NCBI GenBank assembly: GCA_965644315.1
Contig: CBFFRQ010000044.1
Location: forward strand, 310,001-374,000
Length of the DNA: 64,000 nt
Source of the DNA: Caecitellus pseudoparvulus
Taxonomy: Eukaryota; Protista; Bigyra: Bicosoecida
Direction of reading: 5' to 3'
The translations under genes and the position numbers were made by a program. The number at the start of each line of letters is the position of its first letter. Within the stretch, counting starts at the first letter, position 1. This document shows positions 23,538-34,186 of the stretch, one piece after another. The notes under the pieces are model-generated. The model saw nothing but the letters and a program-made list of their open reading frames with translations. It made no database searches and had not been told where the DNA came from.

Positions 23538-25125
23538 TCTGCCTGGCTTGATAAAGCAGGGGCGCAGCAGAGGGGGTACGTCACTTCCGGTCACAGTGGA
23601 GTCGAGGTTTTAGGAGACCTGTCGTCCGATTCGCTAGGCAGTGGCCCTCTCTCTTGCGGGAGTTTTCTGTGTGGCTGCTGGTCTGGCTTTGCCGGCGCAG
23701 GTGGAACTTCGGCGCGGCCTCGGCAGCCCCCATAGCCCAACCATGGGTTCAGGTGGGCGGGGAGCAAAGCGCCTGCCCTTGGCTGCCACGTTGGATGGGG
23801 AGTGGGGACGGAGGCGCCTCCAGTCGCACTCTCGCCACCCAACGCGTGCTGGCGGGTCGGAGCGCTTGGGAGCTTGGAACTGACAGAGCAGGTCTGCTGC
23901 TAAAGGCGACGTTGAAAGGCATAAGGAGCCCACCCTGGGAGGCTTGGCTCTGCCACGCAACGGCGCAGGCAGCGGCTCAGCAGCATCGCAAGTGCACTGC
24001 ACAACGTGTCAAGCCATCGGCGCAGGCCTTTCAGCTTCCACCTTCCACACGTGCATCTCTGCTCGCGACGAGCAAGGGTGGGCCATGATGACATGATAGG
24101 TGTTTTGAGAGGCCCCGGGTACACCTTATAGGCCCTCTGGCCGGCAGTGGCGACGTTCGCGTGGCGTTGGGCATCCAGCGGTATGCACAGGTTTCGCTCG
24201 GCGCAAGAGGTGCCTGTTGAAACCCCTGTCTCTGCGCTGCAGGCGCCTCTGCAGCAAGGAAGGGGATGGATAGTTGATGGAGCACAAACCAAACCTGTGA
24301 ATGCGTTCCAATCGCGTAAGTATCCTGCGCGGAGGCCCTGCAGGGCCTTGGCAGCGAGCAAGGTGGCATGCTCGGCCGGTTGGCGAGCGTTCAGGGGGCA
24401 GTCATGGCCCACTCTCCGCGTGTGAGAATAAAACCCACGCAGGCCTCAAGCACAGGCAAATTTCTTGCAGCATATGCAGACAACCTTGTCTATTGCGCCC
24501 CGTTTCAACTTCCCTGGCCAGGGAGTGGCCACCGCTGCTGTGCGGCGCGTTTCAGCCGCCACCCCCCAGCGCGCTGGCCAGGCTGCCGTGCGCTTGTGAT
24601 GGTACGTGCTGCCACAAAAAGCTGGCTGGCACCAAGGCGAACAGCTGCTGTTGAGCCTGGCGCAACGTACCAAACGCTGGGGCCAGTGAGGAGTCGCTGC
24701 TCGGAGCACGATGAGCGTGCACTGGCAGCAGCGGCTCCAGGCTGGCGCGATGAGTGGCAGCGAGGCAGTGTGGCGGTAATTCTTCCGGCCCTCGCACAAC
24801 CCCAAGGCGTCGCTCGCAATTCTTCCTTTCATGGCCTCCTTTTCCTGCCCCCGTTTTCGCAGCGTTCTTCCCAGGCATGCATTCCCACGAGCACTCTTCA
24901 TCGTGGCACCCGACAAGCACACCTGCTGCGCCAGCACCCAAGAGCGCACACTTGCCAGGGACGCAGTCTTGTTTGGCACAGCCTAGCGACAAGCTAGCCA
25001 TTTCCAGCCATTGCCCGGCTCATGCTATTGAGTCAGGTTTCTGGCATCACTTCGGCAAGCGACTCGAAACGTCACCGACTGCCGCGCACCACTTTCATCA
25101 AGTGGGAGGCTGCAAGCGGCCCAGG

Positions 25126-26857
25126 ATGCCCCGGCCTCCGCACCATCCTGGCACATGGGACTTGCATGCTTGCTCTGGATGGTATGGTGTGCTCCCAGAT
25201 GACTCCATCGGTGCCGGAGGAGTGGCAGCGCTTGAGTGCGCGCCGGCTGGGACTGCCTCCACCGCAGCCCGCCACTCTTCCTCACTGCAAGCACACAGCG
25301 CCAGTGCACACACCTCCCGCCTTCAGCAGTCGAGTACGCCGAGTCTTGGACCCACGTTCCGCGAAAGCTGGTCACATTTCCTCTGCGATGCCCAGGCTGG
25401 GGGCGGGGTGCACTCTCGACTGGCTCACGTCGCCGCCTCACTGCAGCCAGCTCCAGCTCAGCAGCGAGCCCGCACGACGGCACAAGAACCCGCCCCCCTC
25501 CCTGCTCCGACCCTGGGTGCGCCTTGTGTTGGGCCTGCCTTCCTGGGCTGTGCCCCAGACGTGGTTGTTCCTGGCATGCCTCCCGGCAAGCGTCTGCCAA
25601 GCAGCTCTCCTGACCCCCCCCCCAGTTGGAGGCGTCCCGCCCCCCGCCCAACGCCGACGGCCACACCACAGCACATTTATCAGCTGGAACATGTACATCT
25701 GGGGCCTCCTTCTCGCCCTGCTCCCTGCCCTGCGCCAGCCAGCCACAGCGGCGAGGAAGGCAGCAGCACGGAATTCGGTCAGGACACAGGCGTCGTCGAG
25801 GTCTCCTTTCCATCGCGTGGCGAGGTAGTGCACCCAGGCAACACACATGCACGGACACTTTCTGCCGTGAACACGGCGTGTATGGTCTCACAGCACGGGA
25901 CTGCGGCGCGTGGGGTCGGTGGGGAGCCGCCTTCACAGAGCAGTTTCCGCGACCCTCGACCAGAAGTCTCTGCTGGACATGGCGCACCCTGCCCCAGCCA
26001 GGCGGGAACCAGTAGCGACTGTGTGGCCCCAGCTTGGATACCGCAGCCAATGGAGGCCCTTGCTGCTCCTTTTTTGGCCCGCACGGCCACGGCTGCAGCC
26101 TCGGGGGGCAAAGGAGGTTTGAGCTCGCGTGCGACTGGCCGGGCGACGAATGCGTCGTCGAGCCGGCGAGCCGACAGCCGCTCCGCCCAGCTCACCAGGC
26201 ACATCGAGGCGAGGCTGGGTATCGGGCCACACAAGCCCTCAGCGCACGACGTGCTCGGGCGAGAGGCTGCCGCACTGCAGGGTGGGGACGCGGCCTTGCG
26301 AGCAGAGGAAGCACGGCAACGCAGCCTCTTGCCACTTCAAGTGAGTGACCCTGGCACTTTGGCTGCAGCCAGCTCGTTGCACCGCGCCCTACACTGCGCC
26401 TGCCACTATCTGCCCCCATCCCACCCCCCCCCTTCCCTCCCTCCTCCACGCACAGTTTCGTTCGAAGCGAGTCTTGGCGTTTCAGCCTCGTGAGAACCGG
26501 TGGGTGTCCACCTTCACGGAGCTGCAGAGTCGACGGCAGATGCGGCTGTACGCCTCCTCTGCCCTGCTGTGCGCCCTGCGCCGGGACTTTGTGCGCCTCG
26601 CCGATGGCATCCGGCCCCGCAAGGGCGAGTCTGAGACCAGCACGACGTGGGTGGTTCTGGCCAACCCACACATGACGTCGTTCTTCGTGCAGCGAGTGGG
26701 CACGGGCACCATCCAGGGCAAAGGCACTCTGCAGTACCGCAATCTGAGGTGGGTGGGACCACACCCAGATGAAATGGAGGCCGCTTCACGCCGCATGGGC
26801 GCACTGGTTGACATGGACAACTGGCGCGACATGCTGCGAGCTGCTGGGTGGCTATAG
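25126..26857 (+). CDS. Paralogue 1 of an unrecognised family: low-complexity N-terminus + conserved C-terminal (AP2-like?) domain; intron 26341-26455; start uncertain
   Basis: PLQ|FRSKRVLAFQPRENRWVSTFTE...RLYASS...LRRDFVRLADGIRPR...WVGPHPDEME...DNWR is shared with the two downstream genes. Confidence 0.7.
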
Positions 26858-27462
26858 GTTGCAGCAGCGGGCACAGAGCTCACGCCCGTGGGGGGTTGCC
26901 TGCCTGCTGCTGTGCCGCAGGGGCTGTGGTGCGTGCCCTTGGGCACCCCAGCACTGCCCTTCCCAGCGGTGCAGGCTTGATGTGAAGTACCATGCTGGGT
27001 CGCCCCAGCAAACCCCACCGAAGTCATTGGTAGGGACTTGCAACCGTGCAAAGCGAGCAGTGGCACTGCCTGCTGCGCTTAAGGGTGTCGGAGGCTCCCC
27101 AGGGCAGGCTCGTCGAGCAGGGGCTTCGTGCACCTGCTCTCCGAAGCCTGCCAAGCGTTGCTCGCCGTCGCTGCAGTCGTCGCCCTGTGACCCCGCCGAA
27201 GCGCGGTGCCCTGCGCCACGCCGCCTGCGGCGCAAAGTCAGCGTGGGTGGAACGCAGCTCCATTTGATCATGCCGACCTGCACCTCTTTGCCACACCCTT
27301 TGCTCTGGGAGCCATGCGCAGCGTCTGTGTCCACCACAGGCACGCCTCTTCCCGAGCTTCTTGCGCGGCAGTGCGCCAGCTGCATGGAAGGCTGAAGCTC
27401 GCTGAAACATGCTGGGGCCGCGCGGAGCACGAATGGAGGGAGGCAGGTCTTGCCCTCCCCCC

Positions 27463-27470
27463 TATAAATA
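27463..27470 (+). promoter_or_regulatory. TATAAATA candidate promoter upstream of paralogue 2
   Basis: Perfect TATA consensus in a long GC-rich spacer, but ~700 nt from the likely ATG. Confidence 0.3.
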
Positions 27471-28160
27471 CACTCAAGCCTCTACCCTCTTCGTCCCTCG
27501 GCCTAAAGCAAGCTAGCAGCGGTGCAGCTGGCACCGTGCGGGTGTTCAGCTCCACGCCTCCGCACTTCTGCGCCTGCTGCCACACGGTGCGACGAGCTTT
27601 GCGGCGGGGCAGGAGCCGTGTGCGGGACAGTGGATCAGCCTAAAGCACCTGTGACTCCCTGCTGGCTCCAGCCCTCGCTGCAGCACTGGCAGTGGCGTGG
27701 GACGGCGCGGGCGGCCGAATCAGGCAACGTGAGCATGTGCTGGACTGTGGCGCTTGGCAGCTGACACGCCGCGCGCAAACGTCGCGACGCCAGGGGCAGG
27801 GCGTGCGGGAGCAAGGCAAGCCCGAATCCTGGCCGACACGGGTGGGCCACTTGCTCTCACCCTTCATCGAGCGGAGTTCGTGAGGTTGGCTTGGCAGGGG
27901 CGGTGTGGGGGGGGGGCGCGGCGCGCAGTCACGCAGCTGCCTGCCAACACTCTTCTGGCGCGCCGTCTCAAATCCAAAGCCACCTCTACCCCGCTCAAGA
28001 AACCACAAGAATCCACTTTCCTTCTCATCACTTATCGCCCTGTGCACTCTTTGTTGCGTGTCCGTGCCACCTGCCGGTGTCACGACCACATCCGTTCCGT
28101 GTGCGGAAAGCTTCGTTGGGAAGCAAGGCCTCTCACCAGCTGCCAAGCCCCACTCACGCC

Positions 28161-29699
28161 ATGGCCCAGCGCCACACTGCCACCCTCAACCAAACAACCG
28201 ACACGCACAGCATGCTCGGTGGGGTCAAACGAGCCCGCCCTGAGCTCCCCGATCACGCTGCCTGGCTGCCTGGTGCTCGCGGTGGCAAGCGAGCTCGCTC
28301 AGCCGCCGCTGGCGATGCGCTCACAGCCAACTGGCGATGCGCTGCCCCCACCCAAACCATGCCCTGGCCGCCGGCACCGCCTGTGCAAGTTCGAGCAGCT
28401 TCACACAGTGTGCCTGTTGGGCATTTCATGCCGCAGGCTCGGCGCACGGAGGGGGGGGGCAGCGTTCCGCCCTGTAAATGGAGCCCTGCACCGCTGGCCA
28501 CGAAGTTCGCCGGCGAGGCACTCCTGCCGCCCCACACCTTCACCTACTGGGCGGTGCAACCAGGCCCAGCACAAGCAGGTGTCCCCAAGAACATGCCCGC
28601 ATTCCCGTTGCCGCAGTGTGTGGGCGGCCTCCCCGCCCCCGGCGCTGCGTCTGGCGTGTCAGGCTGGCGGGGGGTCATGCACCCCCCTGCACCGGATTCT
28701 CAGCCAGGGACAACCAGCCACATGGCAGGGGGCGACCCCGCTGGCCTGGGCGCCCACCCAAGCAGCTCGCCTCGCCTGGGCACGCCCCTGGGCTCCTGTG
28801 GCCCCCCTGCACCCTCCTCGCAGCCCGTCGCTTGGCAGGGCGCTTGGCCACCGCGTGCCCTCGCAGGGCCTGCGTTGCACACGCAGGGCATATCCGACGC
28901 AGAGCTGCTGCGCCGCGCAGCTGCCGGTGCTGCCTTGCGAGGCATGCTCGGCAGCAGTTCTGGCAGGCCGGCCATGCTGCTGTTGCCGCGCAGTGTGCGT
29001 GGTTCGCGGCTGCATCGGTCGCAGAAGCCGGCTTCGTCGCGCTCGGCACCGGGCGTGCGGGCGCAGTTTCTGCAGCTTCGACAGGCGGTGGAAGCGCAGC
29101 GCCTGGAGCTGCCGTGCCAGTTCCAGGGCTCCCGAGTGCTGAGCTTCCAGCCCACTGAGCGCAGGTGGTTGACTGTGTTCACGGAGTTCAAGACACGCCG
29201 CCAGGTGCGCCTGTACGGGCCGTCGGCGCTTGCGACGTGCTTGCGGCGGGACTGGGCGCGCCTGAGCAGTGGAACACGCCCACGTCTGGGAGGGGCCTCC
29301 CGTCGATGCACTTGGATCACCATGATTTTCCCAGAGATGTTCGAGGAGTTCTGTCGCATCGAGCAGGAGAACGGGGGGGGCAGCAACCCTCGCGAGCCCA
29401 CGTGCCCTGCGCAAGAATGTGCAAGCAGCACAAACCACACGCTGTGCACGCGCAGCGGCCTGGCCCTGAACCGCCCTTCCACACCCACGTCTGTGAGCCG
29501 ACCTTCCCTTCGCACGGGGCACGTGGTGTGGGTGGGCCCCACTCCTGACGAGCTGGACGCAGCGGCTGAGCGTCTGGGCATGCCCCTGCGCCTGGGCAAC
29601 TGGCGCAGCGTGCTGGCAGAGGCCAGGCGCAGCCCCAAAGGCACTCTCTCGGCTTGCACACCCTCTGATGCCAGCTCCTGTGACAGTACGCACTTCTGA
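28161..29699 (+). CDS. Paralogue 2 of the same family (start uncertain)
   Basis: LPCQFQGSRVLSFQPTERRWLTVFTE...RLYGPS...LRRDWARLSSGTRPR...WVGPTPDELD...GNWR. The N-terminus is Pro/Gln/Ala-rich with two KRAR NLS-like motifs. Confidence 0.7.
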   Translation: MAQRHTATLNQTTDTHSMLGGVKRARPELPDHAAWLPGARGGKRARSAAAGDALTANWRCAAPTQTMPWPPAPPVQVRAASHSVPVGHFMPQARRTEGGGSVPPCKWSPAPLATKFAGEALLPPHTFTYWAVQPGPAQAGVPKNMPAFPLPQCVGGLPAPGAASGVSGWRGVMHPPAPDSQPGTTSHMAGGDPAGLGAHPSSSPRLGTPLGSCGPPAPSSQPVAWQGAWPPRALAGPALHTQGISDAELLRRAAAGAALRGMLGSSSGRPAMLLLPRSVRGSRLHRSQKPASSRSAPGVRAQFLQLRQAVEAQRLELPCQFQGSRVLSFQPTERRWLTVFTEFKTRRQVRLYGPSALATCLRRDWARLSSGTRPRLGGASRRCTWITMIFPEMFEEFCRIEQENGGGSNPREPTCPAQECASSTNHTLCTRSGLALNRPSTPTSVSRPSLRTGHVVWVGPTPDELDAAAERLGMPLRLGNWRSVLAEARRSPKGTLSACTPSDASSCDSTHF

Positions 29700-32197
29700 A
29701 GCGTGCATTGCGCAGGTGCGGGGCGCACGTTGCGCCGCTGGCAGGCTGTCCGCGAGCGGGGCACCCCCCCCCCCCCCTGACCATACTCGCCGCAAGCTCA
29801 ATGCAGCTAACCCTTCCCCAGCCACCACAACAGCTCGGCATGGTAGCTTGCCGCAGTTCCTTCACCGCTCTCTGCGCAGAGGCGCGCCCCTCGTTGAGAC
29901 TGCTGCATCTCAAGGAGAAGGCGAGAGAAGGCCGGCCCGACGCAAGACTGACACCCCTGCGCAGTGCACACACAGCACCACATTAAAAGGAAACAAGGCC
30001 ATTGGGTTTCACCCGATCCATTGCAAAGCCCACGAACTCCCTGCCGCTATGCTGAGTGTGCCAGCCTGTCCAAGCCCCGGTAGCAAGCGGAAGAGGCAGA
30101 GAGAGACGGCAGCGGCATAAGGTCCTTCGAGCATCAGCTGGCGGTCACCCCCCCCCCACCCCCCATGCCACGTCGCGGCGCAGCAGCTGCAAGTTCCAAG
30201 CCTGACGAGCAAGGCTCAGCTCTCCATGGGCACTCCCTGTGCCCTCCTGGGCGGCTGTGGTAAACAGCGTGCAGGTCATGGGCGTGGCGAGGAGGAATGG
30301 GTGCTGGTGTGATGGGGCAGAGAAGTGGGGGAAGGGGAGGTGGGTGCGGTTTGTACACTGGCACAGCAGCGGAGTACGTACAGGCGTGAACAGGGAAGAG
30401 CTTCGCTGAAATGACACGTGGAAGGGGCTATTGGAGCAACCACCTGATGCCTGGCACGCTGGCGCACCCGTGCGCGTCTGCGCCTTGATGGCTTTCCCTC
30501 TCCACCTTGCGCTGCCAGTGCGAAGTGGACTGCCGCCGTTCCAAACGTTACAGGCAGTCACTGTAACGTCTCCTCGTCAGAAACAGACCAATTCGCGCCG
30601 TGCCGGGCTTTGGGGCCGGTCCACACGCCAAATGTGCTGATATTCAAAGCATGGCTTGTCTGGGTGCGCTGGGCGGGGCTGAGCACGCCGTACAAGGCCG
30701 CGGTGAGCCGGCGTTGTGTCGGGCAGATGGAGTGCGCCAGCCACGTCGTGCGGTTTGGCCTGCTGAGCGCCCTTCAAGAGGAGTACTCAGTTCAGTGGCG
30801 GAAGGTGCCCATGTTCGTGTCGCTGAGACCAGGCAATTGTATCACGGCGCATGGGATGGCGAAAGGACACGCCGCGGCGTCTGAGATGTCGACGGGATTG
30901 CCGAAACGCTAAACGCGAAACGCGCCGCAGGTGAAGTGAACGCAGTTCGCGCTCGCTGCTCGATTCCTCGACTTCGCGGCAGCCTCAGCACAACGCCACG
31001 TGTTAGCAGAGCTGGCGACCACACGCGAATGATTCGGTCCCACTACTGTCCTTGGTATAGCGCTCCAAGAAAGGCCTGGGGAGAAGCTGAGCGACGCAGC
31101 GGCTCCAGCGGGCACGTGCCCTCCAGCTGGCTTCGCCCAGAGCGGAGCTCCTCTGAGGTTGAGCTCGGGAAAGCACTGTGTACGGGTGGGAGAAGGCAAG
31201 CGCCCTGTTCAGTCCCCCTCTCGTCGCTTGTTTTGAGCTCAGAGCTGTGCGTACGTCACAGGAAGGTGACACTGCACTGATGCGTTTTTGATGTGGGCGT
31301 GTCCATCTACTCGCCGCACGGCGGAGGCATTCCCGCGCCATGCTCGCGCCCTGTCCCTTCCGACGCTGCTGCCGGACGAAGTTGTGTTGTTCGACGTTGC
31401 CATATGTTGGGCAGTGTGCAGCTTACCTCGCTCCGCCCTCGGCGAGTGCGCCTTGGTCTACTTTCTTCAAGCTGTGACATGGCAACTTCTGCACAGCGCT
31501 GAGCAGTGTGGGCACATCAGAGAGGTGCCTGCAGCGCGCAAGCCGTGCGTCCGGAGGCGACGCCGCTTCTCAGGCCGACGACCACCCCGGAAAAGCTGCT
31601 TCTGGCACTGCTCATGCGGCACTTTACTTTACACGCGTCTCGCTGTGCTGCGGCGCGCGCAGGCTGGGAAGTTGCTCGGCGGCGGGATGGCAGCCGCTGC
31701 CGCCTTCCTTCCGGCCGCTGTCTCAGTGCCGAGCTGGGAGTCCACAAAACACCGGGCCACCCCGCCGGGGAGTCAGCTGCGCGCATATGCGTAGTCCGGG
31801 CACTACCCCGCGCTCCACATGCAAAACCACATATTTTCACCTACTTACAAGCAATTCGCCCGCCAGCACCGCCGCCGGTCGCCTCAACGCTCGTCCAGCA
31901 GCTCTGTCGAGGCCCAGCAGGTGAGTTTTCCCACGGTGTGACGGCGCAGGGACAGCGCAGGCCGGCCCTGAGCAAGGACGGCCGCGCTGCTCCCATATCC
32001 GCAAACCACACCCATGCTTCCTGCAGCAGCATTCTCACCTCCCCGTGCCCTTTCACTCTCCCACGCACAGACGCGCATACGCGCAGCGGGTCGTGACAAG
32101 CCGGGGTGCACTCAGGCGCACTCCCAACCAACCCTGCAGCTCCCTGCCCCTTGAGCGGCAGGTCAGGACACAAGCCACAGCCCACACTTCGCCCGAA

Positions 32198-34007
32198 ATG
32201 GCAAGCACCGGCGAAGCCTTGCTTGCGAAAGCGGCGGTGCGTGAGCGCTGGTGCCGCTTCCGCGTGGCGGCACGCCTGACGCGTGCCTCACTGCCACCTC
32301 CCCGCCGCTCTTTGCACAGGCGTCAGCGCTAGCGCCCACCTGCCCCTGGGCGATTGGCAGCCCTGCGACCGTGTTGTTGCTGCACAGTGCGGAGGATTCC
32401 CCCGAAGACGTCGTGCTGCACGTGCCGGGCGGCGAGCCGGCCCTGCCCAGCAACCAGGCAGGTGCAGGGAAGTGGCCAACCGTGCCATGCCCACGCCAGC
32501 CTGATCAGTCCAGGGAAGACAGCCCCTCGCCCGTTGCCTGGGCACAGCAGACACAGCAACGACTGCAGCAGACCCCTCCGCTGCCCCCTTCCATGCCTGG
32601 CTTGCATGGCAGTGGCAGTCCTGTGTATTCCGGTCCCCAGGCAAACCTGCAGGCTGCGTCAACCTCCGCGCACGGGGCAGAAGGGCTCTGGCAACCCCAA
32701 GACGGCACGCCAGAGCCGCAGGCCCAGTGGGAGTACCCGCAGTGGCAAAATGCCGTGTCCCAACCGTACACTTCGATGCCTTCTGCGCAACTGCAGGCTC
32801 CTAGCCCTGGCTTTGCCGGCGGGTCTTTCACCGTGGCGCCGCCCGCCATTGGCCAAGGGAGGGCACCCGCTCCCATGACAAGCCAGGGGGGGGGGCTGTT
32901 TGCAACGGGACCCCTGCCCCCACATGCCGCTTGGCCGGGGCAGGCACCGCCCCATGCCGCCGCCAAGATGCATGCGCAGGGGCAGGCGTGGGCGTGGCAA
33001 GGAAGCTCAGCGGGCTATGCCGCGCAAACAGCCCCCGGCGCCGCACCTTACCAGGCACCGCAGCTGACGGCAGGGCAGGGCATGCCTCAACCAAAATGCG
33101 TGCAGCCAGGCCAGACTCTGGGCAAGGCAGAGGTTGCGCGGCAGCGCAGGTTGGTGCCCAATCAGTTTCGGGTAGGTGCAGGCGGCTAGCCACCCGCAAT
33201 GCTGCCTCTGCGCGTTTTCGCCTCAGCACCACTCACGAGCTCCCCCCTCGTCAATTTTACGCAGTCGGACCGTGTCGTGACGTACCAGCCCAAGCTTGAC
33301 CGATGGGTGCGTGCCCAGAGCCCCGTGTGGGCCGCAGGCTGGGTCGCCAGCCTCAGGGGCAGCTTTGGCGTGGCGACACACGCGCCGTTACACGACAGCA
33401 ACTGTCCACCACACTTTGCACTGCCCTCCCGCTCCTGGCACAGGTCACAACCTTCACCTCCATCATCACCGGGCGCCAAGTGCGCGTGTACGGCACGTCC
33501 CTCTTTTCGGCCGCCTTGAAGCGCGACTTTGTGCGCCTGCGTGACGGCATTCGGCCTCGCACTGGCGCCTCCTCACTTTCCTGCTCCTGGCTTGTGCTGA
33601 GCGTGCCAGGCCTCTTCTCCTCACTCTGCCGCCGCAGGGGCACGGGCGTCGTGGAAGGCAACGGCACCCTGCGGTTCCAAGACTTCGCCTGGCTGGGCCC
33701 TGACCCGTGGGTGCTGGAGGACGCTGCGAGCGCAGCGGGTGTTGCGTTGGACGGGGACAATTGGCAAGCTATCTTGCAGTTGGCAGCCAGGGCGACAGGC
33801 TGCCCGGCCAACGCAGAGCATGCGCCCCCTCTAGCCCAGGACATTGCAGAGGGCCGCCTATACACCCAGCGAGAAGCTGCCTCCGTCACGTATGCCGGCG
33901 TGCAGGGTGGCGCGTTTCCTGGCCGCCCAAGCACCGTCGGTGCCTGCGGCGCCAGGCCACTGCTCCTGCCCAGCCGTGCCGGTGTGGCTTCCATGACACC
34001 CATGTAG
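32198..34007 (+). CDS. Paralogue 3 of the same family; introns 32237-32319, 33172-33264, 33307-33443
   Basis: Spliced VPNQFR|SDRVVTYQPKLDRW|VTTFTS...RVYGTS...LKRDFVRLRDGIRPR...WLGPDP...DNWQ. The N-terminus is Gln/Pro-rich. Confidence 0.75.
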
Positions 34008-34186
34008 CCGTGGGTGCTTGGTTTAGGCTTGTGTCTGTGCGTGTGTCAGTGTTTGCTTTCGTCGGCAATGCATCCGGCTGTCAGGTCTGGTCACCCACTC
34101 GCTCGTCAGCGCATCTCTGCATTCATGCAACATGCAACGTGATGGCACCCCCACGCGCGCGCCCGCTGGCAGCTTGCTTGCCCCGC

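Noticed and set aside
30610-31794. ORFs 30610-30912 and 31288-31794 as a fourth paralogue of the trio
   Set aside because: None of the conserved motifs (QP..RW, RRD, RPR, WxGP) was found by eye.
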